A stretch of 64,000 nt of DNA from Minutocellus sp. GHC0000111 (Eukaryota): contig OZ361261.1 of NCBI GenBank assembly GCA_977018835.1, forward strand, positions 2,170,001 to 2,234,000. The letters are read 5' to 3'. Position 1 is the stretch's first letter, and each line of letters begins with the position of its first letter. A program made the translations under genes and the position numbers. The notes below the pieces were generated by a model. It was given only the letters and a program-made list of their open reading frames with translations. It made no database searches and was not told where the DNA came from. This document shows, piece by piece, positions 45,900-56,716 of this stretch.

Positions 45900-46447
45900 A
45901 CGTTACAAACTAAGCGCCAAATGACGACATCAACCCAATTGAGGGTGGCTTCATGAACGACCATGTCATGGCACCAAAGGCAGAACTGCGGCGTTTCGAG
46001 GGACTCAAGTGCTTCGAAGGCACCGAGAGCGACCACACGGCTGCACATGTGAGGATGCGCACCGCAGGGAAGCTGCCACGGAGTAGGCTAGTCAGACAGC
46101 GACGGAAGTCCAAGCAGACAAAGCAGTCGCGGCGAGTCCCTGAACCTAGAGTCGATTGGGAGAGAATTCTCATGATCGATGAGTTCAAACTGGAGTTCTG
46201 TGAGAAGTTCAACTTGGCCATGGCGGAATTGGGTGAGGATCCTGCTTACAGCGAGATTGTCGAGATCATGTTGGAGGCCGGTAGAGATACCGCTATATTG
46301 ACCAACCGTTCATCTAGGGCCCATTGGTTTGATTTGAGCTGTGACACCCTCGTGCCCTTGATTCGAGAGAGGAATAGGGCGCAGAAAGTGTACAAGCAAA
46401 ATCGGACTGATCATTTTGGTGATTCTGGGCGGACCGGTGACACATGA
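45900..46447 (+). mobile_element. Non-LTR retrotransposon (LINE ORF2) fragment: APE endonuclease end plus linker
   Basis: NDHV...TESDH endonuclease-terminal motifs followed by the WF.....L..LIRERNRA linker typical of the region between APE and RT. No RT present. Confidence 0.55.
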
Positions 46448-46790
46448 ACAGGTTAATCTCGACGTTGATATATCCCAGCACCTAGCTAGATCTTAGGTGA
46501 AGGTTTCCTCTACTACGGGTACTTGGCTCTCTAGAGATTGTTTGCTTTGGGTGTTGATTGTTGGGTGGGCTGACCGCGGGGTCAAGCAACGTTGCCAACC
46601 TGTCGGAGTACAGGGGCAAACCTCCAGGACATGGGAGCCTCGCCCCCTTTCTAATTCCCTCATTCAACAGCCCATCTCGTGCCGGGATGGGATCGGGAAT
46701 TGCATGCTTCTTGCTGCCCTTTGAACTGATTGTTCTCCACTACTTGCTCCTAAATAATACGAGAGACTTCATATAGCTAGGAGAATAATC

Positions 46791-48312
46791 ATGGCGACGC
46801 AGCGGGGCAAGAGGGCGCCCGTCCCGTCCATGGAGGCGGCCCCGCCCTCCCCTCTGCCTCCGCCGGCGCACTCCACCGCCGTCCCCGTTGGAGACGGCAG
46901 CAGCAGCGGCAGCGGAACCCCGTCCAAAACTCCCAACAAGGCACTTTCCCAACCGCCCACCAAGAACGTCGCCGTCGCCACCGTCCACCGGCCCCTTCGA
47001 CCGGCGCTGGCTCAACCTCGACTGCTGCGGCCTGGTCTGCGCCGCCTTCACCTACGCGCTCCACCTGTACGGATGCTACGCCGTCGTCTCCATCCTCCTG
47101 CCGCCGTGGATGTCGTACATCTACGATCCCGACGGATCGATGGTCAGCCCCACGGCACCGCACGTCGATGGGGCCGTCCGCAAGCTGAGCTTTTGGGGGT
47201 GGTTCCACAGCCTGGCGTTTTGTGGGGTGGCGGCCATGGCTGTTTACAGTCATTACATGGCCATGACGACCGACCCCGGTGCTGTCCCGCCCGATGCGGC
47301 GCCGCTGCCCCACCCCGACGAGATGGCGGCGTTGCTGGAGAGCGGGCAGGGGGGTGGACAGGCGGATGGCGGTAGCAATGGCAATGCGGCAAATAACGGC
47401 GGTGGTGTTGGAGGAGCAGCGGCCTCTGCTGCAGCTGCGGTCGTGGGTGGAGCGGCGGCCGTTGCGGCGGCACCGGCCCTCTTGGCGGGAGCGGCCGTAG
47501 CGGCGGCCATGCCGGATCAAACAGCGCCACCGGCACAACCACAACCACACCATTTACCCCCCAAGAAACCGCCGGCACCCCGCGGCAAGCGCATCTGCCG
47601 GCGGTGCAACGCCTACAAGCCCCGGCGGGCCCATCACTGCAGCGTGTGCAAACGGTGCATCATCAAGATGGACCATCACTGTCCCTGGGTCAACAACTGC
47701 GTCGGCATTGGCAATCACAAGTATTTTTTGTTGTTTGTGTTCTATACCTTTTGGTCCTGCACCTACTCCCTCACGTTGGTCGTGAGTCGATTCGTCGGTT
47801 GCTTGGGCCATGGACGGTTGGCGCGGGGACATTGTTTGGATGAGCCCGGACACATATTGAACTTGGTAGGGCTGATTGTCGAGGCGATACTGTTTGGACT
47901 GTTCACGTGCTGCATGATGGTCGATCAGTGGGACGTGGTCCTGACCAACGTTACCCACATCGATCGGCTCAAGGGAGAGACCGGGTTTGGGTTCATGGAC
48001 GATGCCAGCCGGATTCTGGGCATCAACGAGGTGTTTGGGAGTGGGAGGGCGGCGGCAGGGGCAGCAAGCACGACATCAACGGCAGCTGGAGGCAGTCACC
48101 ACCACCACCTCGGCGGGGGGGTGTCACAGTCGCACTTTCGGCCCGACTGGCTGTCGCTTTTTGTGCGGGTGTGCTTCCCGGAATCGGTCCACGACGAGAT
48201 CATGGGCTTCTGCCGGCCGTGCGGGGGCATGACCCGGGCCGAGAGGGCCAAGAAGGAGGACGATCATGGCGATTTCGAGCTTCGGGCCGGCAAGGGTCCG
48301 ACGCAGGTTTGA
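46791..48312 (+). CDS. DHHC palmitoyltransferase with an apparent frameshift near 46985
   Basis: CRRCNAYKPRRAHHCSVCKRCIIKMDHHCPWVNNCVG, TTDPG and four TM segments. The ATG at 46791 is out of frame with the main ORF (46888 is TTG). Confidence 0.9.
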
Positions 48313-48434
48313 TATGATAACATATATTTGTGCCATACTCTCCCCGTGTAATATAATATTCTGCCTGCCTACATACGAGTAAACATAATCCATCTTTTAA
48401 AAGCATACGCCGAGGAACGATTCTTTATTATCTA

Positions 48435-50726
48435 CGAGGTCAGATTCGCGAGAAATCGAGCGCCCGGTTTTTGACTGCTTTCGAGGGGATTGAAAAGCGC
48501 CTCGAAGAATAGTCATGCTGAAATATTTAAGAAAATGGCTATTTTTACTCTAATTTTGATTTATCTTCATGTGAAACAATAATTCGGATAAGACTTTAGA
48601 TTTCAGCGGCTCTAATCAAATGGACGCGTTCGTGTGACGCGACGGTTCGGCCTCCATCTCGTCATCTTGAACGATGGCATGATACTCGCCTCGGATCGGC
48701 AGTACGATGCATTCGTCCCGGATCTCGCACCACAGCCAATCCGGGATGAGCTTGAGCTTCTTTAGCTCCCGCTTCACGCCGTTGAACTTGTAGATGAAGG
48801 TAACTGAGGAGTGGAACATCTCCGCGGCCTTGTCGTACACCGATTCAGTTATTGCCACGACATCATCCATGTCGAGGGGCATGTTCTCGGCCCTTATCGC
48901 CCGGCAGACGAGTCGACTGACGACATTGAGGAGCATGTGCTTTTCAAAATCCTCGGGCCCGTCAATCTTGAGAGTTTTCTCCTGGTCAATGATGATGGCC
49001 AAGACAGCGGTGAGTATGTGTTCAATCCATTTGTGTCTCGGGCGGAAGTCGAAGCTGAGCATTTCGATGACGCGATCGGCATACTTGGACCGGTATACTG
49101 CTTCCCAACGAGTGCCGATGATTCATCTGATTCGGCCGCCTTCCGTTCTGTCATCGACGATCTTGCAACGGCGACCCGGCGGTATACTGCACCATGTCTC
49201 TTTGCAATTGCCAAGTGCAGGGAGCAGGCAAAGGTGGACTATTCGGTGCTGTCCAGCGCAGAGCATGGTGCACGATTTTCGGGATGGATGAAGGCGTATG
49301 GTGCTCTACCTGCATCTGAGAAGGCGATGTGGGAGATGAAGAGGAGATCTCATCTGGCTATGCAGCCATACATTCGAGATGTTATTGTTGATGCTCTGAT
49401 ACGAAATCCTCGGGAATCTTGGCGGGAGCTGGAGGTGGATGTCAACTTTTGGTGTTCCTACTCGGCAATACGGCGGTGGATAATGTCGCGGGAAGGGTTC
49501 CGGTACTATGCCGAAAGGATCATCCCTCTCCTTAATACACATCAGATGGAGAAACATTTGGCATTTGCGCGGAAATTCCGAAACAATTGGGGGCTCGGCG
49601 GTGGCAAGTTTCTCCTTGTTATGTTCGATGAGAAGTGGTTTTGGGGCTTGGTTCTTCGATCGCATGCCAAGCAAGTTGCAGAATTGGGTATTGATCCTCG
49701 GTCCTTCTCGGCATATCACCGAAATCACATCAACAAGTGCATGGTGGTGGCTGTCACTGCCTTGGCTTTTATTGACAGCATTGAGAATGGCGGCATTGCG
49801 TTCAAGCTTGGACTTTTTCGGGCTCAGGCGCATAAAATTGCGAGGCAGATGGTAAGGGAGGCGGTGCGGCAGGCAGATGGTAGAATCAAATATTGCGGCC
49901 CGGTGGTTCGGAAGAAAGACGATCTATACCTTGTGGATTGCGCGGTGACTGGATGCAGCCATGGCACCCTTGATAATCCCAAGTTCCCACTGAAAGCTTT
50001 GTTTGAGAACAAGATATTTCCGGATGTTGAGGCTTTGGTCGGACCTGGCGGAAAGTTTGAAGGCTATGTCCCTATTTTCCAGGGCGACAATGCTGGGCCC
50101 CATGCCGAGACTGAATTTGTGGAATATGTGGAAGGATACTGTCGGGACAAGGGATGGCGTTGGGAACCTCAGGCCCCGCAAATGCCCCATATGAATGTTC
50201 TTGATTTGTCTGTTTTCCCTTGCATGTCAAAGCAGCATACAATGTTGTGCCGCGATCGGGAGGGGCTGAAGGTTTTGACAGAGGATCAGACTTGGGATGC
50301 AGCGGAGGAAGTTTGGATGGGGCTGGAAAACTGGAAGATCGCATCGGCATACATCCAGGCTCATAGAATTGCAAAGAAGGTAATCGTTGCAAAAGGCAAC
50401 AATGATTTTCTTGGAAACGGTGAAGGCATTCATGTTGGGGTGCGAAAGGATTTCAGGCCGACTGAAAATGGCATGGTTCGGATAGATGGGAAAATTATCG
50501 CTCCTCCTCCTGCTGATCCAACCATGTCCTGCGGTGCTTTTAAGTTATATTGTGTTTAATAATACTAGATTGGATTGTAGATCTGGATACTAGCTGCTGC
50601 AATACATGTACTTTGCATTGTACATGTATTCAATGCCGGTAGATCTAAGATTCAGGCGGTTGCGGGCCCAAAAAGTCGCTGTTTTGGTCCCGACCCTGCG
50701 CTCGATTTCTCGCGAAACGGACTTCG
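48435..50726 (+). mobile_element. Full-length Tc1/mariner element (plant-mariner/DD39D-like clade)
   Basis: 29-bp TIRs CGAGGTCAGATTCGCGAGAAATCGAGCGC (26/29 match to the right end), TA target duplication on both sides, internal transposase ORF. Confidence 0.92.
48811..50559 (+). CDS. Mariner transposase, DD38D triad
   Basis: MFDEKWF, FQGDNAGPH and PQMPHMNVLDLSVF, with 38 residues between the 2nd and 3rd Asp. True start uncertain (48811 is GTG). Confidence 0.88.
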   Translation: MEHLRGLVVHRFSYCHDIIHVEGHVLGPYRPADESTDDIEEHVLFKILGPVNLESFLLVNDDGQDSGEYVFNPFVSRAEVEAEHFDDAIGILGPVYCFPTSADDSSDSAAFRSVIDDLATATRRYTAPCLFAIAKCREQAKVDYSVLSSAEHGARFSGWMKAYGALPASEKAMWEMKRRSHLAMQPYIRDVIVDALIRNPRESWRELEVDVNFWCSYSAIRRWIMSREGFRYYAERIIPLLNTHQMEKHLAFARKFRNNWGLGGGKFLLVMFDEKWFWGLVLRSHAKQVAELGIDPRSFSAYHRNHINKCMVVAVTALAFIDSIENGGIAFKLGLFRAQAHKIARQMVREAVRQADGRIKYCGPVVRKKDDLYLVDCAVTGCSHGTLDNPKFPLKALFENKIFPDVEALVGPGGKFEGYVPIFQGDNAGPHAETEFVEYVEGYCRDKGWRWEPQAPQMPHMNVLDLSVFPCMSKQHTMLCRDREGLKVLTEDQTWDAAEEVWMGLENWKIASAYIQAHRIAKKVIVAKGNNDFLGNGEGIHVGVRKDFRPTENGMVRIDGKIIAPPPADPTMSCGAFKLYCV

Positions 50727-51028
50727 TATGTATCTTCCGTGATCCAAGTCACTACATTTTCTTATTGAAAACGATATATGGACCTTAGAATAGAAATCGG
50801 GCTATCAGCATTGTCTCACACAATGCCATCGTCCGCCGAGTAAGTAGGCCTAGGAAGCAGCGGTGCCATACATGTGCAAAATTGACAAATTATTCCCGTG
50901 ACAGTATCAGCAGAGCACCACAATTCTTCCAATTGTCCGTCTGAATCCGTACCCAAATAAATAATGGAGCGTCACCATCTTTCGCTTGCAAGGGCAATGA
51001 TAATATTACCAGACTTCAAGAGCTCAAT

Positions 51029-51634
51029 CTAAGCACCCTCCTCGTTGGGTTCCTTTCCAATCAACTTGGCCACATATGGAGTTAGCAGAACCGTGGGTGG
51101 GAAACGGATGGGACTGGCCGCCTTGTGGGCTGCGTAGGCAATGGCAACGGTACCGGCCTTCTCCCCGGTCTCACCAACGTTGATGCCGACGTTGGATAGC
51201 AGACCCGCCACGTCGACGCCGTTGTCGACCAGAAAGTAACACAGGGCAAAGGAAACGGCCGCCAAAGGGATGGACGTGGCGAGGTACGCGACGCCGTACT
51301 TGGCCAGGAGGTCCTTGGCGCTGGCCCCGCCGTCGCCGCTTTTGAGGGATTGGAACAGCCCGGCCTCGAGGCCGTACTTTTCCGTCGTTTCTTCTACCGA
51401 TGGAGGGGCTGCTGCCTCCGCCTCTGCTTCTACTTTGGTTTCGTCTTTGGTACCGAATATGTGCAGTGCCGTGGTCTTCGTTGGACGGTGATATTGTTGC
51501 TGTTGTTGGTTGGTCGCGAATGGAGATGCGGGGGCAACTTTTCGGGCCTGCTGAGCATTGAACGAGAGAGCAGACGGAGCCGCGAGAAGCAACGCCGACG
51601 CGGCGAGAAGGGCGGATGATCGGAACGGTGCCAT
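51029..51634 (-). CDS. Plastid-targeted DUF1279/FAM210-like membrane protein
   Basis: Signal peptide ending ALS-F; KDLLAKYG...GVDV...AIAYAAHKAASPIRFPPTVLLTP. Confidence 0.8.
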   Translation of the reverse strand: MAPFRSSALLAASALLLAAPSALSFNAQQARKVAPASPFATNQQQQQYHRPTKTTALHIFGTKDETKVEAEAEAAAPPSVEETTEKYGLEAGLFQSLKSGDGGASAKDLLAKYGVAYLATSIPLAAVSFALCYFLVDNGVDVAGLLSNVGINVGETGEKAGTVAIAYAAHKAASPIRFPPTVLLTPYVAKLIGKEPNEEGA

Positions 51635-52265
51635 GGTGTGTAGATGAGGATTACTGGTGCTGGTTTTCGTCGAGGTTCGATTGACTGATTCTTCCGCCGT
51701 TTGTTCAGAACGAAAAGGATGATCGTCAAAGAGCGAGAATTACGTGCGTGCCGGAAAAGACAAGGCTACTTTCACAATATGTCACGGGAACTGCTGCAAA
51801 TTTGCGATGCAACAGTAGTTGGAAAGCGGGGAGGGGCTGACTCAGGAGAGGATGCTCGGTATCTGCACCTGCGCCCACAAGATGTGCTGAATTCCTTTGC
51901 TTGACTGACATGCGCCGGTTGAACTTGCGTCAGCGGTGGTGCCTGCATCTTTTCTGGTCGCATCTCAAAATAATTTCATCATTTTTCGTGCGTCACAATG
52001 ATGAAAATCATTGGCCGGCTTGCTCGTATCGTATCGTAAGTCAAGTCATGCCTCCTGCTTCATCAACTCATCAACTTCATCTTCACCATGATGTGCTTGT
52101 TTCCTTGTTGCCGGACACAGACCCATATTGTTATTGAACTCTGATCTTGCATGCTTCTCTTGGGCAGAAGAGACTTGTTCGTTAGCATCTGATTCTTTTC
52201 CTCTCGTTGAAACTCAATATCTTCCGACTTTCGACCTCCGTCCCGACGCAGACCCGCAATCGGAA

Positions 52266-53987
52266 ATGACGGACCCGGCACCGGCACCACCGGCCAACAG
52301 CAACCCTCTGGGTGGGATAATCGCCAACATATTCGGCGGCGGGCACAAATCCGAAGACAACAATAACATTGAAACCTGCACGGATATTGAATTTCTAATC
52401 AGCCAAGCGCAGGCCGATCTGCAGTGCATTGAGCGAGGAGAGATGGGCGATGAGCCAGCTGAACGGAATGCCGCCGCCGATGCGGATGAAACGAAGGAAG
52501 CAAAGGAAAAGGCAGACAAACAGCATCCGAACATTATGGATGCATCCAGATTATCTGGCGGTTCGACCGACTTTGGAATGCATTCACCTGCCAAACAAGG
52601 TGCCGAGGAGGCGGGGGAGAAGGATGACACCAGCGAGGCAAAGATACAGACCACGGAACCCGCACCCGCAGCGGCACCATTACCACCTGCTCAGCAGCAG
52701 GTTACTCAAAGTAACAGCTATACCATTCCCGAACTGTCTCCAAAGGAAGAACACCTGGCATCGTGCATGGCGCGGATAAAATCCCTCATCCTCGACGAGC
52801 ACAACGACTTTGGCAAGAAGAGGGCACCGTCTTCCGACGCATCATCATCGGCCGCCAACACCCCACCCCATGCCGCCGCTCTCATGTATGCTCTGACCAA
52901 GCATCCCGATTTTGTGCCGCAATTTCTCGTAAATTTGCTTCGTGGCAAGATTCCGTTCGAAGCCCGCAAAGACTTTGCTTTCATGGTGTGCTTCATGCTG
53001 GTATGTGGCCTTCGCGACGATGGTATGATGGCCGGTGGGACGTCGACCGGTGCGGATGGGATTGACGAGACGTATCGATTCTACAAAGACCTATCGGCCA
53101 ACATGGATCAGTATGTGTTGGAAAACTATGGAGCAATTATGGATCCGGTAGTGCGTGGACACGATGTGGTCGGTGCTGGACCATTATCGGTGCCAGGTGG
53201 ACAAACGGATGACGCAACGCAAGGAGAAGGAGCCGGGCGAAGAGCAGCCCCGTCCAAGCCGATACAGAAATCTACGCCCGACGTTGCCCTCCACTGCGGC
53301 GCAATTCTTCGTGCAGTCATTCGCCACCCAAAGCTGTTTAGGTTGTTCTTGTCAGACGATAATGTACCGAGATACGTCCTGCCCTTCCTTGACAAGTACG
53401 TGCACCAGCCCAACTTTGAAGTGCAGGGCGATGCACTGGAGAGCATGAAGTTCTTCTTCACAGGTGGCATCAACCCAGCTGCACCACCGCCACCTCCCAA
53501 GCAGGGAGGAAATGCCACTGCCAATGACGAGGAATCAACCAACACCGGTGACATCGCATCGGAATTCCTCCAACGGCAGTACGATCTCATAGTCGAAGAT
53601 CGGCTCAATCACAAGCTCCTGTCTCCGAAAGCTTCGTATGTCGCCAAGCGAGCCTCCATCCAGCTCCTATCGACAGTCCTTCTGACACGATCCAACTACG
53701 CGGTCATGATGAAGTATGTGGCATCGCGTCACAATCTGCGGACGATTATGCTCCTCCTTCGTGATCCGTCCGGCCATATCACCTTCGACGCCTTTCATGT
53801 GTTCAAAATCTTTGTGGCCAACCCCCAGAAGACGCGGGAGGTGACCAGAATACTGGTCGATAATCGCATCAAGCTCATCAAGTATCTTGATGGGCTGCAC
53901 AAGGACCGAGAGAGCTCCGATATTCAGTTTCGTGACGAAAAGAAGCTGGTCATCTCTACCCTGGAGGGCCTCGAGTTGGATGCATAG
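52266..53987 (+). CDS. CAB39: MO25 / calcium-binding protein 39 family with insertions
   Basis: ATG at 52266. Motifs PFEARKD, ALHCGAILR, PNFEVQGDA, YVAKRASIQLL...RSNY.VM and FDAFHVFKIFVANP. Confidence 0.88.
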   Translation: MTDPAPAPPANSNPLGGIIANIFGGGHKSEDNNNIETCTDIEFLISQAQADLQCIERGEMGDEPAERNAAADADETKEAKEKADKQHPNIMDASRLSGGSTDFGMHSPAKQGAEEAGEKDDTSEAKIQTTEPAPAAAPLPPAQQQVTQSNSYTIPELSPKEEHLASCMARIKSLILDEHNDFGKKRAPSSDASSSAANTPPHAAALMYALTKHPDFVPQFLVNLLRGKIPFEARKDFAFMVCFMLVCGLRDDGMMAGGTSTGADGIDETYRFYKDLSANMDQYVLENYGAIMDPVVRGHDVVGAGPLSVPGGQTDDATQGEGAGRRAAPSKPIQKSTPDVALHCGAILRAVIRHPKLFRLFLSDDNVPRYVLPFLDKYVHQPNFEVQGDALESMKFFFTGGINPAAPPPPPKQGGNATANDEESTNTGDIASEFLQRQYDLIVEDRLNHKLLSPKASYVAKRASIQLLSTVLLTRSNYAVMMKYVASRHNLRTIMLLLRDPSGHITFDAFHVFKIFVANPQKTREVTRILVDNRIKLIKYLDGLHKDRESSDIQFRDEKKLVISTLEGLELDA

Positions 53988-54446
53988 TTCCGAAGTCACA
54001 TATATATATGTAGCCGCTTGCTTTACATTCAATGTATAATTAATTCATTATGATAATATTCCCATTTGTATTTGAACTCTAGAATATTGTTTTAGCTAGC
54101 TAACCCAGTAGCAGTAGCTGATCGTACATGCCGTGAAGCATGAACGATGCGTGGTTGGTGGCAAAAATGGTACATACGTGGTGTATTAGGAAACAACAGA
54201 GCAGGAATCAAGATATGTCGACGGCGTGGTATATATATGAAAATGAGTTTGTGAACGACGAGGTGCCGGGCCTTCATCACCAGATGTTGGTAATGGTGGC
54301 CCGTGTATATCCTCCGTTTCTTCTTGCACTCGTGGGTGGAGAAATCTTGAGGCGAACAAACTGGTGGCCATACGCTTCGTGGGCATATCTTGATGTTGAT
54401 GATAATAATGATGGGTGCTCGATGTGCTTGGTAGTATGAATCCCTA

Positions 54447-55037
54447 CTAGTCCTCAAAAGGGTAGCCATAGATCGTGGGATTAAATGCGAGGCTCTTGAA
54501 CTCGACGTTTTCACCATCGACCTTTTCGATATGGTTGATCTCAATGATACCGGTATCCTCGAGAGCTCCTCTCCAGACGTTGTTGGGAGTGTCCCCATCC
54601 TCGATGCGGGTAAGAACACGAACGATCCAGGGGGCATTGGGGCAATTCATGTAGTGAACCTTGAATTCACCCTCGATGCGATCGACGAGTTCTTCGTTGG
54701 AGAAATTCTTGGGAAAGACAAAGGCACCGGGGGCGATGGGGCCGTTGACTGCGGTGGCCATGGCGCAAAATTGGCAGCAGATGCCTACGCTGGCAGAACG
54801 AAGAGACGAATCATGGTGTTCGTCACCGGAGAGGAGGGGATGAAGAATCATTTCGCGTTCGAAGATACGAAGAAAGTGTTCAATGATGAAGCGATCTTGT
54901 TTAGAGAAGTCAGAAGAAGAAACGAGGGCAAGTGGAGGATCGGGGACATCCTCAATCTGCTCAGTCTCCTCATCGTTTGAAGCGAGAGAAAGATTGTCCG
55001 AGACAAGGGCGTAGTTGGGGTTGTTGGGCGCACTCAT
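54447..55037 (-). CDS. Small protein with diatom Cys/His (zinc-finger-like) domain
   Basis: VGICCQFC...GAFVFP...HYMNCPNAP matches the widespread diatom VGIRC..C...FP...H...C pattern. Confidence 0.6.
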   Translation of the reverse strand: MSAPNNPNYALVSDNLSLASNDEETEQIEDVPDPPLALVSSSDFSKQDRFIIEHFLRIFEREMILHPLLSGDEHHDSSLRSASVGICCQFCAMATAVNGPIAPGAFVFPKNFSNEELVDRIEGEFKVHYMNCPNAPWIVRVLTRIEDGDTPNNVWRGALEDTGIIEINHIEKVDGENVEFKSLAFNPTIYGYPFED

Positions 55038-56716
55038 TTTCTACTCATGTGGTTTTGCAGGCAAAGTACGATGCGAATGCAAGAACGAAGGAAAGAGTGA
55101 TTTTTCAAGGTCAGCAAATGCGCCACCGGTATGATGGTCTAATTGTTTGGTATTGTCCGATGCAGAGAGGCGGCTCGAGTTAGAGCTGTAGTCTCCACCG
55201 ATATATTTTGCGGCACTTCCATTCTCACTTGGGCACGGTACAATCCTGCGACTTGGATACGAAACGTGATGTGCCAGCAGTCGAACGATGCCGGTAGCAC
55301 TTTGTCGATACTCTACTTTTGAATCGACCAAGTATGGTGCCAGTATCTTATCATCACGATTAAAACGCCGTGAATGAAGCATACATTTATCACCGAAGAA
55401 AAACAAGCACGTTTCGGTTCAAACTGGCAAACGCCGGCCAGGACGGTCGCGAGAATAATGCCGATCGAACAGGCAAATACAAAGATACGTGCCGCACTAC
55501 AAATGCAATTCTCAAACGAAATACTAGTATGGTGGTTGCCGAGGTGACATCTTCAATTGCATCAACTTGCTTCAACTCACCTTCGGTTTACTTCTTTGGA
55601 AAAAGTTTGGCCTCTGTGGCGGAAACCGCCAGAGATCCGCTCGCGCCGCGATCCTCCGACAGGAAGTCGGCCAGTGGCGCGAACCGCGAAGATTGCGAGC
55701 GAGCACGATGTCAGGCCCTTGTTTGAACTTGGCTGAGTCAGCCTCCTCCTACGAGGGAATCAGTACAAGCGCTACGACGCGAGAGCAAAGGCAACGGCAT
55801 AAATTTTTGTCATGCTATTTTCGGCCGGCAGTGCGTTTCGCCGAGGAATGAGGTTGACGTCCCAGAAATGTCCGAGGAGTAGGCGACGCGACGCGACGAA
55901 CAATTGTGACTTCGTCTGGCCGTCGTCATCAGAGATCAATTCATGATGATCTTCGGTTTTGCTCGGCCACGCCGCATGCATGCCGACTGCTTCATCCCAC
56001 AACCGAACCAGCCAGCCAGTACCAAGCATCTGCTCGAGCAAACAGTAATCATGGCGAGCAGACGACAACAACTGACTCATCTGCGTGATGCCGGAACAAC
56101 CGGATCCGACCAAACGGCTGCAGCGTCGACCCTGCCTACCCTTACTTTCCTCCTCACCGATCGGTCGGTCCAGATATCAAAGCACATCGATCAGTCGATG
56201 AGATAACAGAGAAGGACAGCATCATACCAGTCGGCAGCGTGGCTTGCTGTGGGATCATTCCACTTGCACCAGCTAGCTAGCTCGCATGCTGCAGCACTGC
56301 ATGCAAGAGTCGATCGCGGCCGCCAAAAGGGTCGACGATAAATCTACATGTACACGTACCTAGGTACCAGGTAGAGACCAAGTTCACCCTGGAAAAGCTA
56401 GCTTACACTGGCACGGAATTTCCTTCTTTCATTTGAAGATACTTCTAGAAGAAAGAGTACGGCCAGTAAGAAGATGTTGCAACAGAGATATTCTCTAAAT
56501 TTTCATAGTATGACTACTTTTCAGTCCGACTTTGGGCTGTAAACAAATTTTTAAGGCAAATCAAGAGGCGAGCAGGGGACATAAATCTAAAGAAGTCAAT
56601 GTGTGAGGTGGCCGTGGCGGCACACTTGTGTTGGTTGGACTTTTGCTGGTGTTGACGTTTGTTGTGTATGTAGGGGCGACTCTGCTGCTTTCAGTATAAA
56701 GTTGCCATGATTGCTA

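Noticed and set aside
54140..54439. 99-aa plus-strand ORF between MO25 and the Cys/His gene
   Set aside because: No motif, splice or other support; overlaps likely 3' UTRs.
55040..56600. Several 60-120 aa ORFs
   Set aside because: No domain signal or consistent coding pattern; treated as intergenic or unresolved.
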